This document shows, in pieces, positions 37,406 through 47,669 of a DNA stretch of 64,000 bases. The DNA comes from Escherichia phage FL12, in the sequence record PP400786; one strand, written 5' to 3'. The notes under the pieces are model-generated. The model worked only from the letters and a program-made list of their open reading frames with translations. It searched no databases and was not told the DNA's origin. The translations under genes were made by a program, and so were the position numbers. Position 1 is the stretch's first letter; each line of letters begins with the position of its first letter.

Positions 37406-39219
37406 TGGTGTTTAACCCTATGCATGATTTCTTTATTTTTGCCGAGATTAAATCCACGTTCGTTCGGATTTCCCAAATAACCACAAGTTCTTCTTATTGT
37501 GTTCATCTTTTTAGGATCAGTTTCTCCACAAATAGAACAAACAAACCCGTTTTCAGTAGGAGTCATTTCATGGGTACTTCCACACGTAAAACATTTATCT
37601 ACTGGCATGTTAACACCAAAATAATCTAAATGTTGTGCAGCATAATCCCATACAGCCTCAAGACCTTTTAGGTTATTTTTCATATCAGGAAGTTCAACAT
37701 AAGAAATGTGACCGCCTGTCGCAATGAAATGATATGGGGCTTCGCGAGAAATCTTTTCAAACGGAGTAATATTTTCTTCTACTGAAACGTGGAAACTGTT
37801 AGTGTACCAGCCTTTATCAGTAACATCCTTTACACTTCCATATTTCTCAGTATCAAGTTTACAGAAGCGATAACAAAGGTTTTCAGCAGGTGTAGAATAC
37901 AAGCTAAAAGCAAAACCAGTTCTTTCAGTCCACTGCTTAAGACGAGCATTCATTTTAGTTAAAATTTCCTGTCCAATATCACGACCGACAAGAATATTCA
38001 ATTCGTGAATACCAATGTATCCTAAGGACACTGAACTTCTACCGTTTTTAAATAACTCAATTATATCATCATCGGGTTTAAGACGAACCCCGAATGCACC
38101 TTCTTGGTAAAGAATAGGAGCAACAGTAGCTTTAACTCCTTTTAATGAACTAATTCTACACATCAATGCTTCAAAACACAAATCCATTCGTTCATTGAAC
38201 AATTCGGCAAATTTCTGTTCATTGAACTGTGTTCCAATATAAGAATCTAATGCAATACGAGGAAGATTCAGTGTTACAACGCCAAGATTATTACGTCCAT
38301 CAAGAATTTCATTACCAGTCGAATCTTTCCATACGCTCAAGAAACTGCGGCAACCCATTGGAGAAACAGGAATAGATGAACCTGTGATAGCTTTATTGTT
38401 CTTAGCTGAAATAATATCAGGATACATTCTTTTGCTTGCACACTCTAGAGCAAGCTGCTTAATATCATAGTTCGGATCGTCTTTATAAAGATTAACACCT
38501 TCTTCAACGAACATAACAAGCTTAGGGAAAATAGGAGTTATCCCATCGCGACCAAGGCCTTTAATACGATTTTTCAGAATTGCTTTCTGAATCATTCGTT
38601 CAGTCCAGTCAGTTCCCGTGCCAAATGTAATTGTTACAAAAGGCGTTTGTCCATTTGAACTAAAGAGAGTATTTACTTCATATTCATAAGCTTGGAACGC
38701 ATCGTATACGTCTTTTTCTGTTTTAGATTGGGCATAATTCAACGCATCAGCGATTTGCCATTTTTCTGCATCCTCAATATGTTTTGCATAGGTGCGTTTA
38801 ACATAAGGAGAAAGGACTTTGTCTACATTTGCAAAAGTCGTTCCACCGTATTGATGGGAAGCAACCTGTGCAGTAATTTGTGCCATAATTGCAGTAGCAA
38901 CACCGATTGATTTAGGAGTTTCAATCTGTGCATTACCGAGCTTAAATCCGTTCTCAAGCATTCCTTTTAAATCTACTAAACAGCAATTAGTAAATGGAAG
39001 AGCAGGGGAATAATCAATATCATGGAAATGAATAATTCCGCTTTCATGCGCTTTCATAATAAAAGACGGGACCATATTTTTGGCAATGTGTTTAGACACA
39101 ATACCAGCCATAAGGTCCCGTTGAGTTGGAAAAACACGAGAATCTTTATTAGCATTCTCGTTCAAAAGGTCTTTATTAGTTTTATGAATCAATCCTTCAA
39201 TTTCTTTTTCAATTGTCAT
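37402..39219 (-). CDS. nrdD: anaerobic ribonucleoside-triphosphate reductase (glycyl radical enzyme), uninterrupted
   Basis: 605 aa; C-terminal glycyl radical motif RRTCGYLG; zinc ribbon CFTCGS...CSIC. Confidence 0.9.
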   Translation of the reverse strand: MTIEKEIEGLIHKTNKDLLNENANKDSRVFPTQRDLMAGIVSKHIAKNMVPSFIMKAHESGIIHFHDIDYSPALPFTNCCLVDLKGMLENGFKLGNAQIETPKSIGVATAIMAQITAQVASHQYGGTTFANVDKVLSPYVKRTYAKHIEDAEKWQIADALNYAQSKTEKDVYDAFQAYEYEVNTLFSSNGQTPFVTITFGTGTDWTERMIQKAILKNRIKGLGRDGITPIFPKLVMFVEEGVNLYKDDPNYDIKQLALECASKRMYPDIISAKNNKAITGSSIPVSPMGCRSFLSVWKDSTGNEILDGRNNLGVVTLNLPRIALDSYIGTQFNEQKFAELFNERMDLCFEALMCRISSLKGVKATVAPILYQEGAFGVRLKPDDDIIELFKNGRSSVSLGYIGIHELNILVGRDIGQEILTKMNARLKQWTERTGFAFSLYSTPAENLCYRFCKLDTEKYGSVKDVTDKGWYTNSFHVSVEENITPFEKISREAPYHFIATGGHISYVELPDMKNNLKGLEAVWDYAAQHLDYFGVNMPVDKCFTCGSTHEMTPTENGFVCSICGETDPKKMNTIRRTCGYLGNPNERGFNLGKNKEIMHRVKHQ

Positions 39220-39689
39220 TTTAAACTCTTTCTAAGCTGCTTCTTAAATGAAGCTATTAATTGTGTTTTAGTGTCAGATTCATTATATTCAAATCCTCTT
39301 TGAAGCATCTCAGCCATCATTTCCTCTTTTCCTAAACGAGAAAATTCCTTTGATTTATCTCCAACGAAGTTAGGGTGAATATTATTTTGGGTGTAATCGG
39401 ATTTTAAATAAGTAAGTAAATTTTCTAACCATTCAAGATAATCAACACCCTGTCCCTTTAAGCCAGAACGATTAAATTTATGCTTCATTTGACCTTCTGC
39501 GGCATTGCATAGATTACAAAGCAATCCACGTACCTTTCCTGCTTTTGGTCCATTTAATTCATGGTCATGGTCGAGGTGATTAGCTTGAACGTCAGGATTT
39601 AGTTCTCGTTGGCAAATTAAACATTTACCGTTTTGTGCATCATAAAATTTCTGTTTTTCTTCTTTATATAATTTGCCAGTCAATAACAT
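39216..39689 (-). CDS. 49: endonuclease VII (Holliday junction resolvase)
   Basis: 157 aa as T4 gp49; zinc motif CLICQ...CNLCN and HLDHDHE. Confidence 0.85.
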   Translation of the reverse strand: MLLTGKLYKEEKQKFYDAQNGKCLICQRELNPDVQANHLDHDHELNGPKAGKVRGLLCNLCNAAEGQMKHKFNRSGLKGQGVDYLEWLENLLTYLKSDYTQNNIHPNFVGDKSKEFSRLGKEEMMAEMLQRGFEYNESDTKTQLIASFKKQLRKSLK

Positions 39690-39730
39690 AATAAACCCTT
39701 ACCTTAAATAGATAAGGGTATTTATTATTT

Positions 39731-40216
39731 TCAAGTATTGTAAAACATTTGATTCAATCGCTTATATTGCCGAATCTTTTGGTCAGAAAAAGAAATTTGA
39801 GTTTCAAGCCATTCAATGTACTCTGCGGCAGCTTGCATCAAATTTCCTTCATAGCCATCGTTATTTTCTTGTGCAGCTAATTTAGCTAATGCGTATGAAA
39901 TACGTTCACCTTGAAAATCGGCTTTAGGCTTCTGAACAACTTGATTAGTTCGCTCTACAACTTCTTCAATTTCGCCGTTTTCGACTGATTCAGTATTCCA
40001 TAAGCACCAATACGTAATTGGCTTATCGTAGATGTTAATAATCTTTCCATCAGAAAGTTCAATTTCAATAATTCCAGTATCAGGTTCTATATCATCTTCG
40101 CATTCTTTTGCAAGTTCACGAACTTTAAAGACAGTACCTGCACTAAGTTCCGGCCAGTAATTACATAGCCCTGTATCAGCACGATTAATTCTAAACCACT
40201 TATCTACTGTAATCAT
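39731..40216 (-). CDS. pin: Pin-like protein (Lon protease inhibitor position)
   Basis: start moved to ATG 40214-40216 (MITVDKWF) giving 161 aa as T4 Pin; downstream of gene 49. Confidence 0.5.
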   Translation of the reverse strand: MITVDKWFRINRADTGLCNYWPELSAGTVFKVRELAKECEDDIEPDTGIIEIELSDGKIINIYDKPITYWCLWNTESVENGEIEEVVERTNQVVQKPKADFQGERISYALAKLAAQENNDGYEGNLMQAAAEYIEWLETQISFSDQKIRQYKRLNQMFYNT

Positions 40217-40338
40217 GTCCCATCTCCATATCAATTAAGTCATTTATCGTTGGTTCATTATATACTGTTTCTTCATCAGTGTAAACCGGTTCTTCCGGCT
40301 CTGGCTCTACAGTTTCCCATCTAACCGCCCACCAGGGT

Positions 40339-40548
40339 TTAACCCCGAAGCTTATTAAGTTCTTCATAATCAATCCAGGATTCTAGTCCTGATGGCAAAT
40401 CAGATTCAATTTCCCAAAGAAGCTCTTCAATTTTCTGAAGACGATCTAGTTCTTCGGCTGGAATAGTAACCATTGACGGAGTTCTTGATACACTAATATC
40501 GTAAATCATATTTATCCCAGTTTGACCATACAATCGCCGTATTTCCAC
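40339..40548 (-). CDS. small acidic hypothetical protein
   Basis: ORF track 69 aa. Confidence 0.4.
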   Translation of the reverse strand: MEIRRLYGQTGINMIYDISVSRTPSMVTIPAEELDRLQKIEELLWEIESDLPSGLESWIDYEELNKLRG

Positions 40549-40727
40549 TTAGAAATAGACTTTTCACCATTAGAATAATAAACTTCAAGTTTAGCACGAT
40601 TATTTTTAATTTGAATAACCTTTGCTGTCATCAAAGTTCCATACCCATAATAAACTGCAACTTCATCACCTACATATACCGCGCTTCCGCGGTAATCGTG
40701 AATATAGTCAGTTCCTTCGAGCATCAT
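40512..40727 (-). CDS. small hypothetical protein
   Basis: ORF track 71 aa. Confidence 0.4.
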   Translation of the reverse strand: MMLEGTDYIHDYRGSAVYVGDEVAVYYGYGTLMTAKVIQIKNNRAKLEVYYSNGEKSISKWKYGDCMVKLG

Positions 40728-40987
40728 TTAAAATATTCTCGCAGTTGGTCAAATCCACCAATATAACTTTCATCAGGAGCAAATACCTGAGGCATTGTCA
40801 AGCCGATTTGAGTATCACGACCTAATTTAGTCAGAAGCTCAGCGATTTTCTCATCATCAAAAACACCTTTTTCCGGCATAATGTTGATAAATTCAAACGG
40901 CTGTTTCTTCACGGTCAAAAGACGTTTTGCATTATCGCAATACACACATTTATGAATGTTGCTATCATAACCATATACTTTAAACAT
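40724..40987 (-). CDS. nrdC: thioredoxin/glutaredoxin NrdC
   Basis: 87 aa; CVYC active site; MFKVYGYDSNIHKCVYCDNAKRLL. Confidence 0.85.
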   Translation of the reverse strand: MFKVYGYDSNIHKCVYCDNAKRLLTVKKQPFEFINIMPEKGVFDDEKIAELLTKLGRDTQIGLTMPQVFAPDESYIGGFDQLREYFK

Positions 40988-40988
40988 A

Positions 40989-41231
40989 TTATTCCTTAAT
41001 TCCTAGTACTTGTTTAAAAGTCTCGTCGTAATCAAGACTTTGGCCCGTTTGTTCTTTATGTTTGTATATAATATCACTTACTTCTGATAGCATATTTTTA
41101 TATGAACGAGTTAAAGCAGATTTAAGCACGCTGTATCTATCAGGAAATTTACCGTGTTCATTATAATAAGCTATTGCTAATTCACGGACTGCCTTTTCAG
41201 CAGCCTCCATATATTCTTTACGCTTGGTCAT
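40989..41231 (-). CDS. small hypothetical protein
   Basis: start moved to ATG 41229-41231 ([15 protein letters not shown]), 80 aa. Confidence 0.4.
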   Translation of the reverse strand: MTKRKEYMEAAEKAVRELAIAYYNEHGKFPDRYSVLKSALTRSYKNMLSEVSDIIYKHKEQTGQSLDYDETFKQVLGIKE

Positions 41232-41532
41232 TTTCTTCTCGGTCAAATCGGTGTTTACAATGGCGGCATTTATAACGAAGATTACTAGTCTGCCAATGGA
41301 CCAATTGCACCTGTTCAGTTCCACATTCAGGGCAATTAGGAACGTTTTTAGAAGCACGTTCGCGGCGTTCAACCATGACCATTACAGAATCCCAATTAAC
41401 AGGAGGGCTATAATCATCACAACCATGAATCTTTCCACGCATTTCTAGATCGTCTTCTTCACCAGCCATAATAATTTTAATTAAACTGGAATTACTTGAA
41501 GCTGCAATGTCTTCTAATAGACGCTTTTTCAT
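41218..41532 (-). CDS. zinc-ribbon protein
   Basis: ORF track 104 aa; CPECG-N18-CRHCKHRF. Confidence 0.45.
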   Translation of the reverse strand: MKKRLLEDIAASSNSSLIKIIMAGEEDDLEMRGKIHGCDDYSPPVNWDSVMVMVERRERASKNVPNCPECGTEQVQLVHWQTSNLRYKCRHCKHRFDREENDQA

Positions 41533-41574
41533 TTCAATACCTCAATAGCATTACGTAAACCATTTGCTTTTGCA

Positions 41575-42207
41575 TTAAGAGCTTTTAACAATTTGGTGTG
41601 TTCTGCAATTTGGGGCTTCAACTTCAATCAAACGAGCATTGAGATATTCGCGTTCTTCTTTCATAGTATCATTCCCATGATTGGGTTTTGGTGCAGATTT
41701 AAATTCACTAGGGTCCTTTAATTTAATAACAAATTTAGTTTCAAACAGTGAAAGACCATAATTCGTATTATCATCAAAGGATTTGACTACATCCATATCA
41801 GATAATAACACGCGCAAATTATAAGCCAAAGAACTAATAGTTTCATTGTGTTTATTAGCTTCGCGTGGTTTCATATACGGAAGATTTTTATATATCTCGT
41901 GCGGAGCACAAATGATAATTGACAATTCAAATTGTCCATTCTGGGACGATGGAGTGAATTTAGCCGTAACCCAGTCTTTTACATTCACATTAATAGTACG
42001 GTTATCACCATGACAAAACAGTCTACGAGAATGCTTAAAAAGCATATTCACGTTATTATTGAATTCGTGTGAAAATTCACTAGCAAATTTTTCTTTACTA
42101 CATTTAGAAAGCCATTCTTCTGAATAAGTTCTTTTCACGTCGTTAATAATATTAAATGTAACAACACTAGCATTTGATACATTAGTCTCAATGTAGCTTG
42201 GATACAT
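41575..42207 (-). CDS. hypothetical protein
   Basis: ORF track 210 aa. Confidence 0.45.
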   Translation of the reverse strand: MYPSYIETNVSNASVVTFNIINDVKRTYSEEWLSKCSKEKFASEFSHEFNNNVNMLFKHSRRLFCHGDNRTINVNVKDWVTAKFTPSSQNGQFELSIIICAPHEIYKNLPYMKPREANKHNETISSLAYNLRVLLSDMDVVKSFDDNTNYGLSLFETKFVIKLKDPSEFKSAPKPNHGNDTMKEEREYLNARLIEVEAPNCRTHQIVKSS

Positions 42208-42452
42208 AAATTTTTAACATTATTAACAGCTATTATAGAAGATAGTAATCGGGAACGTTTGAACCACTCGAGCAAAGAACCAAGAGAATGTGAATACGCA
42301 TTTTGTGTATCTTTACAAATATGGTTTTCCCATCCAATATAGTCTAAAAAATCACGAAGAATATTATTGATTACTGCTCTGTGTCCTATCTGATAATTAC
42401 GGTGTTTAGTAATAAGACTGTCAAAATAATCAATATAATGTTTACGAGTCAT
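42135..42452 (-). CDS. hypothetical protein
   Basis: start moved to ATG 42450-42452 (MTRKHYIDYF), ~105 aa, downstream of early promoter. Confidence 0.45.
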   Translation of the reverse strand: MTRKHYIDYFDSLITKHRNYQIGHRAVINNILRDFLDYIGWENHICKDTQNAYSHSLGSLLEWFKRSRLLSSIIAVNNVKNLCIQATLRLMYQMLVLLHLILLTT

Positions 42453-42480
42453 AATAATCTCCTCAGTAGAAAATAAGAAC

Positions 42481-42510
42481 ATTATACCACATCCTTGTGG
42501 CAAAGTAAAC
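42481..42510 (-). promoter_or_regulatory. T4-type early promoter
   Basis: minus strand GTTTACtttgccacaaggatgtgGTATAAT. Confidence 0.5.
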
Positions 42511-43532
42511 TAGTTCAGTGCATTTAGTGCATTGTTCAGTTTAGAACGTTGCTTCGTGAGATTTTTGACTTTTTCTTGTGCTTTTTCTAGCATCTTTTCA
42601 GCTTCTAACACTTCATTGGTCGCTTTAATGAGTTCAGCATCTACTGCCTTAAGAGACTTCTCAATCGCATCCGCGTGCCATTTTTCTACAGGTTTAAAAT
42701 TTGAATTTTCAGTAGGAAGAAAACTCACTTTATTAAGTTTACATGCATCTATATTGCTTGAGCTATACATCCAAAATTTAGGATCGTTTGATGAGTAATT
42801 AGATGAATTTAAGGTATCTTGCACTTCCTGCTTTTTCTCTTGCGGGACTTCATCTTTTCTCAAAAATTCATATTTAAATGAAACGATCATATCAAGTTCA
42901 TATGATGTTGTATCTAACTTAAATCGTTCAAAACGAGGTAAAATCTTAGATTGAACAGCAGCAACAACATCCATATACTTAAATGCTTCTGTCAACTGCG
43001 ATTTAAGGCATTCGCAAATTGAAAGAGAATTTTTTGTATTAGGTTTAAAGCTAATTCGTGCAGTTCTATTATTTTCTTTTAATGGTCTTACTTCCATCTG
43101 AAGAGTATAACCATCAAATTTCAGGTTCTTTAAGTTAATATCAGAACCTTTTAATCGACTCGCAGTTGATAAAATTTGCTTTAACTGTCTACGGAACAGA
43201 GCAATAAATCTCCATTCAATACGATAATGATTTGGATTGAAGAATCCAGATGATAAATCGACCTTACTTTGACCAACGCCTTGAACAAATAGAGGATTTT
43301 TATAATCAATAGTTTTACAGAAATCGGTGAGCTGCTCACGAGCCGTCATTTGTGTGATATACCCTGCTTCATTAAAATTACGCACCCATTCACTGCTGTT
43401 CAGATGTTTAAAGGCGTGAATGGAACAATTAACTTTATTAAGGTCTAAATTATTTTCACACAAAAATGTCATAACATCACGAGTATAACTGGCATTACGA
43501 ACCATATCTTCAATTTGAGAACGAGTTTTCAT
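42510..43532 (-). CDS. hypothetical protein with C-terminal coiled coil
   Basis: ORF track 340 aa. Confidence 0.5.
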   Translation of the reverse strand: MKTRSQIEDMVRNASYTRDVMTFLCENNLDLNKVNCSIHAFKHLNSSEWVRNFNEAGYITQMTAREQLTDFCKTIDYKNPLFVQGVGQSKVDLSSGFFNPNHYRIEWRFIALFRRQLKQILSTASRLKGSDINLKNLKFDGYTLQMEVRPLKENNRTARISFKPNTKNSLSICECLKSQLTEAFKYMDVVAAVQSKILPRFERFKLDTTSYELDMIVSFKYEFLRKDEVPQEKKQEVQDTLNSSNYSSNDPKFWMYSSSNIDACKLNKVSFLPTENSNFKPVEKWHADAIEKSLKAVDAELIKATNEVLEAEKMLEKAQEKVKNLTKQRSKLNNALNALN

Positions 43533-43540
43533 AGTGTTCC

Positions 43541-44449
43541 TTAAGATTTAAGTAAATCAACAATTTTAATTAACTTTTCACGCTCAGATTTAGCTTTACT
43601 ACTCAGTCCAGATAGTCTGAAAATTTCATCGTCATATTGTTGAATAGAAATATTCAGCTCTTCAATTTGCTTATTAAAATAATCAATTTGTTCAGAATGT
43701 TTTTCGTTACTACGAACTGGTACAGGTTTTGTAGGCAATTTAGTTGAACTGGATTCATCCGGGCGATAAATTAAAATACAACTTGAACCAATCGGGCATT
43801 TAGCACCAGATGAATATTCTAACGTTCCAGCTTCTTTTAAAACTTCAAAAGCTAAACAGAGATGATGCCCCATATTAACATAATCTGTAGAGCGAGCTCT
43901 GATATAATAATCATCGCCGCGAATACTAAATTTAAAGCATTTAAGGTCTTCTGTATTATTGGTCTTAAAAATCATTTGTTTATCTAGACCTTTAGCCAAT
44001 CGAGCGCCTAATGCTAATAATCGTCTTTGATTTTCCCACAAATCTGCGATCATTTGGTCAAATGATAATTTCGGCATTAGTCGACCATAAAGGTCGTATC
44101 CTTTATTATAATTGCGAAGGATTTCACTCGCATTAATACGAGACAATGCTCCAATTTTATTAAGGGCTTTCATAATGCGATTAGATAAACCCATTCCAGA
44201 CCCGTTTGTTCGCTGCAAATGTTTTTCTAATCCAAATCCAATATCAACTTTAAATTTATCTAAAATTTCAGCATGAACATCTCTGTCAATAATATTCAAA
44301 TCCAAAGTTGGGTTAAATCTATGAAAAAATTTATCTGGCTCTCCACGACGAAGTACAGTCCATTCATTTAATTTTTTATTAACTAAAGATTTAATTACTG
44401 CATTGACATTATTAATTACTACTGACATATTTTCCTCACTCAATTTCAA
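43541..44449 (-). CDS. hypothetical protein with C-terminal coiled coil
   Basis: ORF track 302 aa. Confidence 0.5.
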   Translation of the reverse strand: MKLSEENMSVVINNVNAVIKSLVNKKLNEWTVLRRGEPDKFFHRFNPTLDLNIIDRDVHAEILDKFKVDIGFGLEKHLQRTNGSGMGLSNRIMKALNKIGALSRINASEILRNYNKGYDLYGRLMPKLSFDQMIADLWENQRRLLALGARLAKGLDKQMIFKTNNTEDLKCFKFSIRGDDYYIRARSTDYVNMGHHLCLAFEVLKEAGTLEYSSGAKCPIGSSCILIYRPDESSSTKLPTKPVPVRSNEKHSEQIDYFNKQIEELNISIQQYDDEIFRLSGLSSKAKSEREKLIKIVDLLKS

Positions 44450-44843
44450 TTTTACTAAATATACAGAATAAGATGGAACAGACTATATAAGCACCGCATA
44501 CAGATTGAACTAATACCATTCCAAAGAACCAAACAATATTATCAAACAATGTCTGTTTTACGTCGAAAGGACGTAAACTTACAGTAATATTATCACCTTT
44601 TTCTATTGAAGAATACATCTCTGGGGAAATATATTCGCTAAATCTATAACCGTCTTTGAGTTCATATACGGCAATAAACGATAAACTAGACCCTTTTCCT
44701 TGTGTTCCTGTAATGGTATTAACTACAGTAACATCATAATCTTTATAATGCATATAATCATTAATTGCGTAATAACCATATGCAACTACTACACATAAAC
44801 AACATATCAATAAATTCAATCTTTTAATTATCAACTGTTTCAT
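44436..44843 (-). CDS. membrane protein (N- and C-terminal TM segments)
   Basis: ORF track 135 aa. Confidence 0.45.
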   Translation of the reverse strand: MKQLIIKRLNLLICCLCVVVAYGYYAINDYMHYKDYDVTVVNTITGTQGKGSSLSFIAVYELKDGYRFSEYISPEMYSSIEKGDNITVSLRPFDVKQTLFDNIVWFFGMVLVQSVCGAYIVCSILFCIFSKIEIE

Positions 44844-44898
44844 AATAATCTCAATTAAAAGGGCTTAGAACCATTATACCATCCTTGGTATAAAGCGG

Positions 44899-45426
44899 TT
44901 ATGCGAGTACCGTCTTTAACCGTTCTTCAAACTTCCGAAGAGTATTTTGGCGTTCAGCTCTTTGCTTTTTGTAAGTTTCAATACGCTCTGAAATGAGAGT
45001 GTATCGTTCATTTACTGATTCTTTCATAAAATCAGGAATTTCACGAGAAGCTTTAATCTCATCAAATTTATCAATAACAGCTTGCTCTTCAGCAATTAAG
45101 TTATCATACATCAAAATATCTTTCTTGATGAACTCAATATCTTCTTGAGTTACACGAGATAATTTAGATGCTTTATCCTTTTTGTACTGTTCGTTAGTAT
45201 CACGAGACCAGTATAATGTACGATTTTTATTCGTATTTTTGTAAATTTCTACAATACCAATTTCATCAATAATAACGATCCAATTCCAACGAGATTTGTA
45301 AATTTGTCCTCCATCAACAGTGATTTCACCTCCGATTGAGATGTCATTAAAGAACTTGCTTTGTGCTTCAGATTTAAATTTACCATCGTTATAATTTACC
45401 AGGTTGAAAATATCTTTAGCATTCAT
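44899..45426 (-). CDS. hypothetical protein
   Basis: start moved to ATG 45424-45426 (MNAKDIFNLVNY; RBS GGAGGAA), 175 aa. Confidence 0.45.
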   Translation of the reverse strand: MNAKDIFNLVNYNDGKFKSEAQSKFFNDISIGGEITVDGGQIYKSRWNWIVIIDEIGIVEIYKNTNKNRTLYWSRDTNEQYKKDKASKLSRVTQEDIEFIKKDILMYDNLIAEEQAVIDKFDEIKASREIPDFMKESVNERYTLISERIETYKKQRAERQNTLRKFEERLKTVLA

Positions 45427-45485
45427 TTTTGTTCCTCCGTAGTTGATAGTTGTATAGTACCACAGAGGAACAGTCTTGTAAACCA

Positions 45486-45800
45486 CTAAAAGAAACTTCT
45501 TTCACAATTTTTTCCACTGAACCACGCGCTCACTGCTTTCTTAGTCTCAGGAGCAGTGTTATCCATAAACCATTCAAAAGCAGCCTTTTTATGATTCTGG
45601 AGGGCTTCTCGGGCTTTAATCTGCTCACGGTCTATTAACACTAACATATGAGCCTTTCTTGTCACCAAGGGCTTCTTATGATTTTTTGAATACTCCCAAT
45701 CATTTGTCCATCGCATCGTTGTTGCGAACTGAAATACAGCTTCTTTAATTTTAGTTTCGTAAATTTCACGAGCCTTTGAGTATAACATCACTACCTCCAT
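45486..45800 (-). CDS. hypothetical protein
   Basis: ORF track 104 aa. Confidence 0.45.
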   Translation of the reverse strand: MEVVMLYSKAREIYETKIKEAVFQFATTMRWTNDWEYSKNHKKPLVTRKAHMLVLIDREQIKAREALQNHKKAAFEWFMDNTAPETKKAVSAWFSGKNCERSFF

Positions 45801-45870
45801 TTACCAGTTTAATTCTAGTCATCTTTTTGATGGCAGTCCATATAATCTATTTCTGAACTGCCTTTTTGTC

Positions 45871-46590
45871 TTAGGATTCTTCTAAATGTCTTTTCTGAAA
45901 AGTTGATACCATACTACGATACGGTTCATTTGGATATCCGTGTTTTATAGCTTCCTTTGTAAATTTTCTCCATCCACATTTAGTTTCTTTCCAGAGCTCG
46001 AATAATTCATCTTCATACTGCCATATAGTTAAATGAGAACGCTTTGCAGCTTTAATTCCATTAATATGCTTTTCTTTTACTGCAGGATTGCTTAGTTTCT
46101 TTTTAATAATATTACTAACTTTTCTAACAAAAACCGGGTCCTTATATCGTTGCGAAGTTTTTATTGAAGTGTTTTAATTTAGCTTCCGGCGTGGATGTGA
46201 CCTCTTTCATCTTTTTCTTCATATGCTGTATATGATTAGGATTTTTCCATAAATTTATAGAATGCTTTTTGCATTTTATCCTAGTTTCATCTGCAACCTT
46301 TCCTCCTTCACCCCCGTATGACAGGTTAACACAGTTTTTCCCATATTTCAATTTACCTGCCATGATATATAATATTTCAGCTTGTACCATTTTATCATAA
46401 TTATCAAAAACTTCTAAAACCGTTTTTGATAATATGTGGTCATTTGACACTTTTACACGTTCTATATAATTTCCACTACCAACATACGAATCATTGATAT
46501 TATTAGTTATATGTCGACCATAATAGTATTTCTTAATACCTGTCTTTAAATTTAATATTTCAGTTTTATAGATAGTAAAATATTTTTCAT
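45871..46590 (-). pseudogene. decayed GIY-YIG (Seg-like) homing endonuclease gene with two frameshifts
   Basis: ATG 46588-46590 then A5 run; GIY-YIG motif (FTIYKTEILNLKTGIKKYYYGRHITNN...SYVGSG) is in the +2 frame; GGEGG middle segment is ORF 46142-46450; C-terminal remnant (…KKKLSNPAVKEKHINGIKAAKRSH…) is in a third frame to 45871. Confidence 0.55.
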
Positions 46591-47555
46591 TTTAATAATA
46601 CCGTTTCAGCGATTTCTTCCCAATGGTTTTTGTCGGTCATAATAAAGTCAGCAAGATAAAGAGCAGTACGCAGTGAAACATTGCGTAAACGATTAACATT
46701 GACTTTCATCCATGATAATGCTTTATAAGTTTCTTCATCAGAAAGACCGCGTTTTTGCATCATGTCAGTTGAAAGAATAACATCTTCAACCCTGACCATA
46801 ATTTCTTCATTAGTGTGAACACCCAAATCTAAATAAACTGAGCGGGAAACTAATGCTTGTAAATGTGGAGCAAGTTTAGTACCACGGTCTAATTCGCGGT
46901 CAATATCAACGTTTGTGATAAAAACAATCGTTCCTTTAAATTCAAACTCGCGCTCAATGCCTTTTTCTTCTAAGTAAGAAGATGCAGTGCTCCAGCAGAC
47001 TTTACGGGTCTCTCCAGTGTCCAGAGCAGCTTTCAGAAGATTAAGAATGTCCATATCAGAGAAAACATCCACATCATCAATCAAAAGGACAGAATTCTCT
47101 TCACGATTATTCCAAAGCTGCTCATAAAGACCAATACCAGAGATTTTACCGTTAATGCTTTTATATTCAATGTATCCAATATCATTTGCTTTATTCAAAG
47201 CTTTATCTAAAGAATACGTTTTACCAATACCCGCCGCACCAGAGATAATTAATGAACGAATGTTTCCGTTAATAATACCATTCGTCATCATTCCCATAAC
47301 ATTAAATCTTTTATTAATGCGGGTTTTCATATCTTCATATGATTCTTTAACTTCTTCAACTTTTACACCATCATATGAAATGTCTGATTTGTAAACCCAA
47401 ACACCGCGACGCTTACCGTCAATTTCAACAAAAACTTTACCATCTCCTTGTGCATCTACCGGAGCATTATCTGGGAACCATTCGCCTAAGAGCTCAAAAG
47501 TTCCAGAGATTTCTTTACCGAAGTAGATACCCTTATTGATAGTTACAGTTTTCAT
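46587..47555 (-). CDS. P-loop NTPase (AAA-like)
   Basis: start moved to ATG 47553-47555 (MKTVTINKG; RBS GGAG), 322 aa; Walker A GAAGIGKT; Walker B VLLIDDVD. Confidence 0.55.
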   Translation of the reverse strand: MKTVTINKGIYFGKEISGTFELLGEWFPDNAPVDAQGDGKVFVEIDGKRRGVWVYKSDISYDGVKVEEVKESYEDMKTRINKRFNVMGMMTNGIINGNIRSLIISGAAGIGKTYSLDKALNKANDIGYIEYKSINGKISGIGLYEQLWNNREENSVLLIDDVDVFSDMDILNLLKAALDTGETRKVCWSTASSYLEEKGIEREFEFKGTIVFITNVDIDRELDRGTKLAPHLQALVSRSVYLDLGVHTNEEIMVRVEDVILSTDMMQKRGLSDEETYKALSWMKVNVNRLRNVSLRTALYLADFIMTDKNHWEEIAETVLLK

Positions 47556-47648
47556 TTTATTCTCCAAATCCGTATCAGTTGATAGTTGTATAGTACCATA
47601 AAGCTTTATGCTTGTAAACAGTTTTGTGAAAAATTTTTGAAATAAAAA

Positions 47649-47668
47649 AGGGAGCCCGAAGGCTCCCT
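47649..47668 (-). terminator. GC hairpin (agggagcccgaaggctccct) with T-run on the minus strand
   Basis: plus-strand AAAAAA precedes the hairpin. Confidence 0.5.
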
Positions 47669-47669
47669 A

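Noticed and set aside
37402-39219. Group I intron / I-TevIII within nrdD
   Set aside because: The ORF is continuous at 605 codons with no internal stop or intron-like structure.
40217-40358. 55-codon ORF (MKNLISFGVKPWWAVRWETVEPEPEEP...) overlapping the pin start
   Set aside because: Weak RBS, overlaps two better-supported ORFs in other frames; insufficient support.
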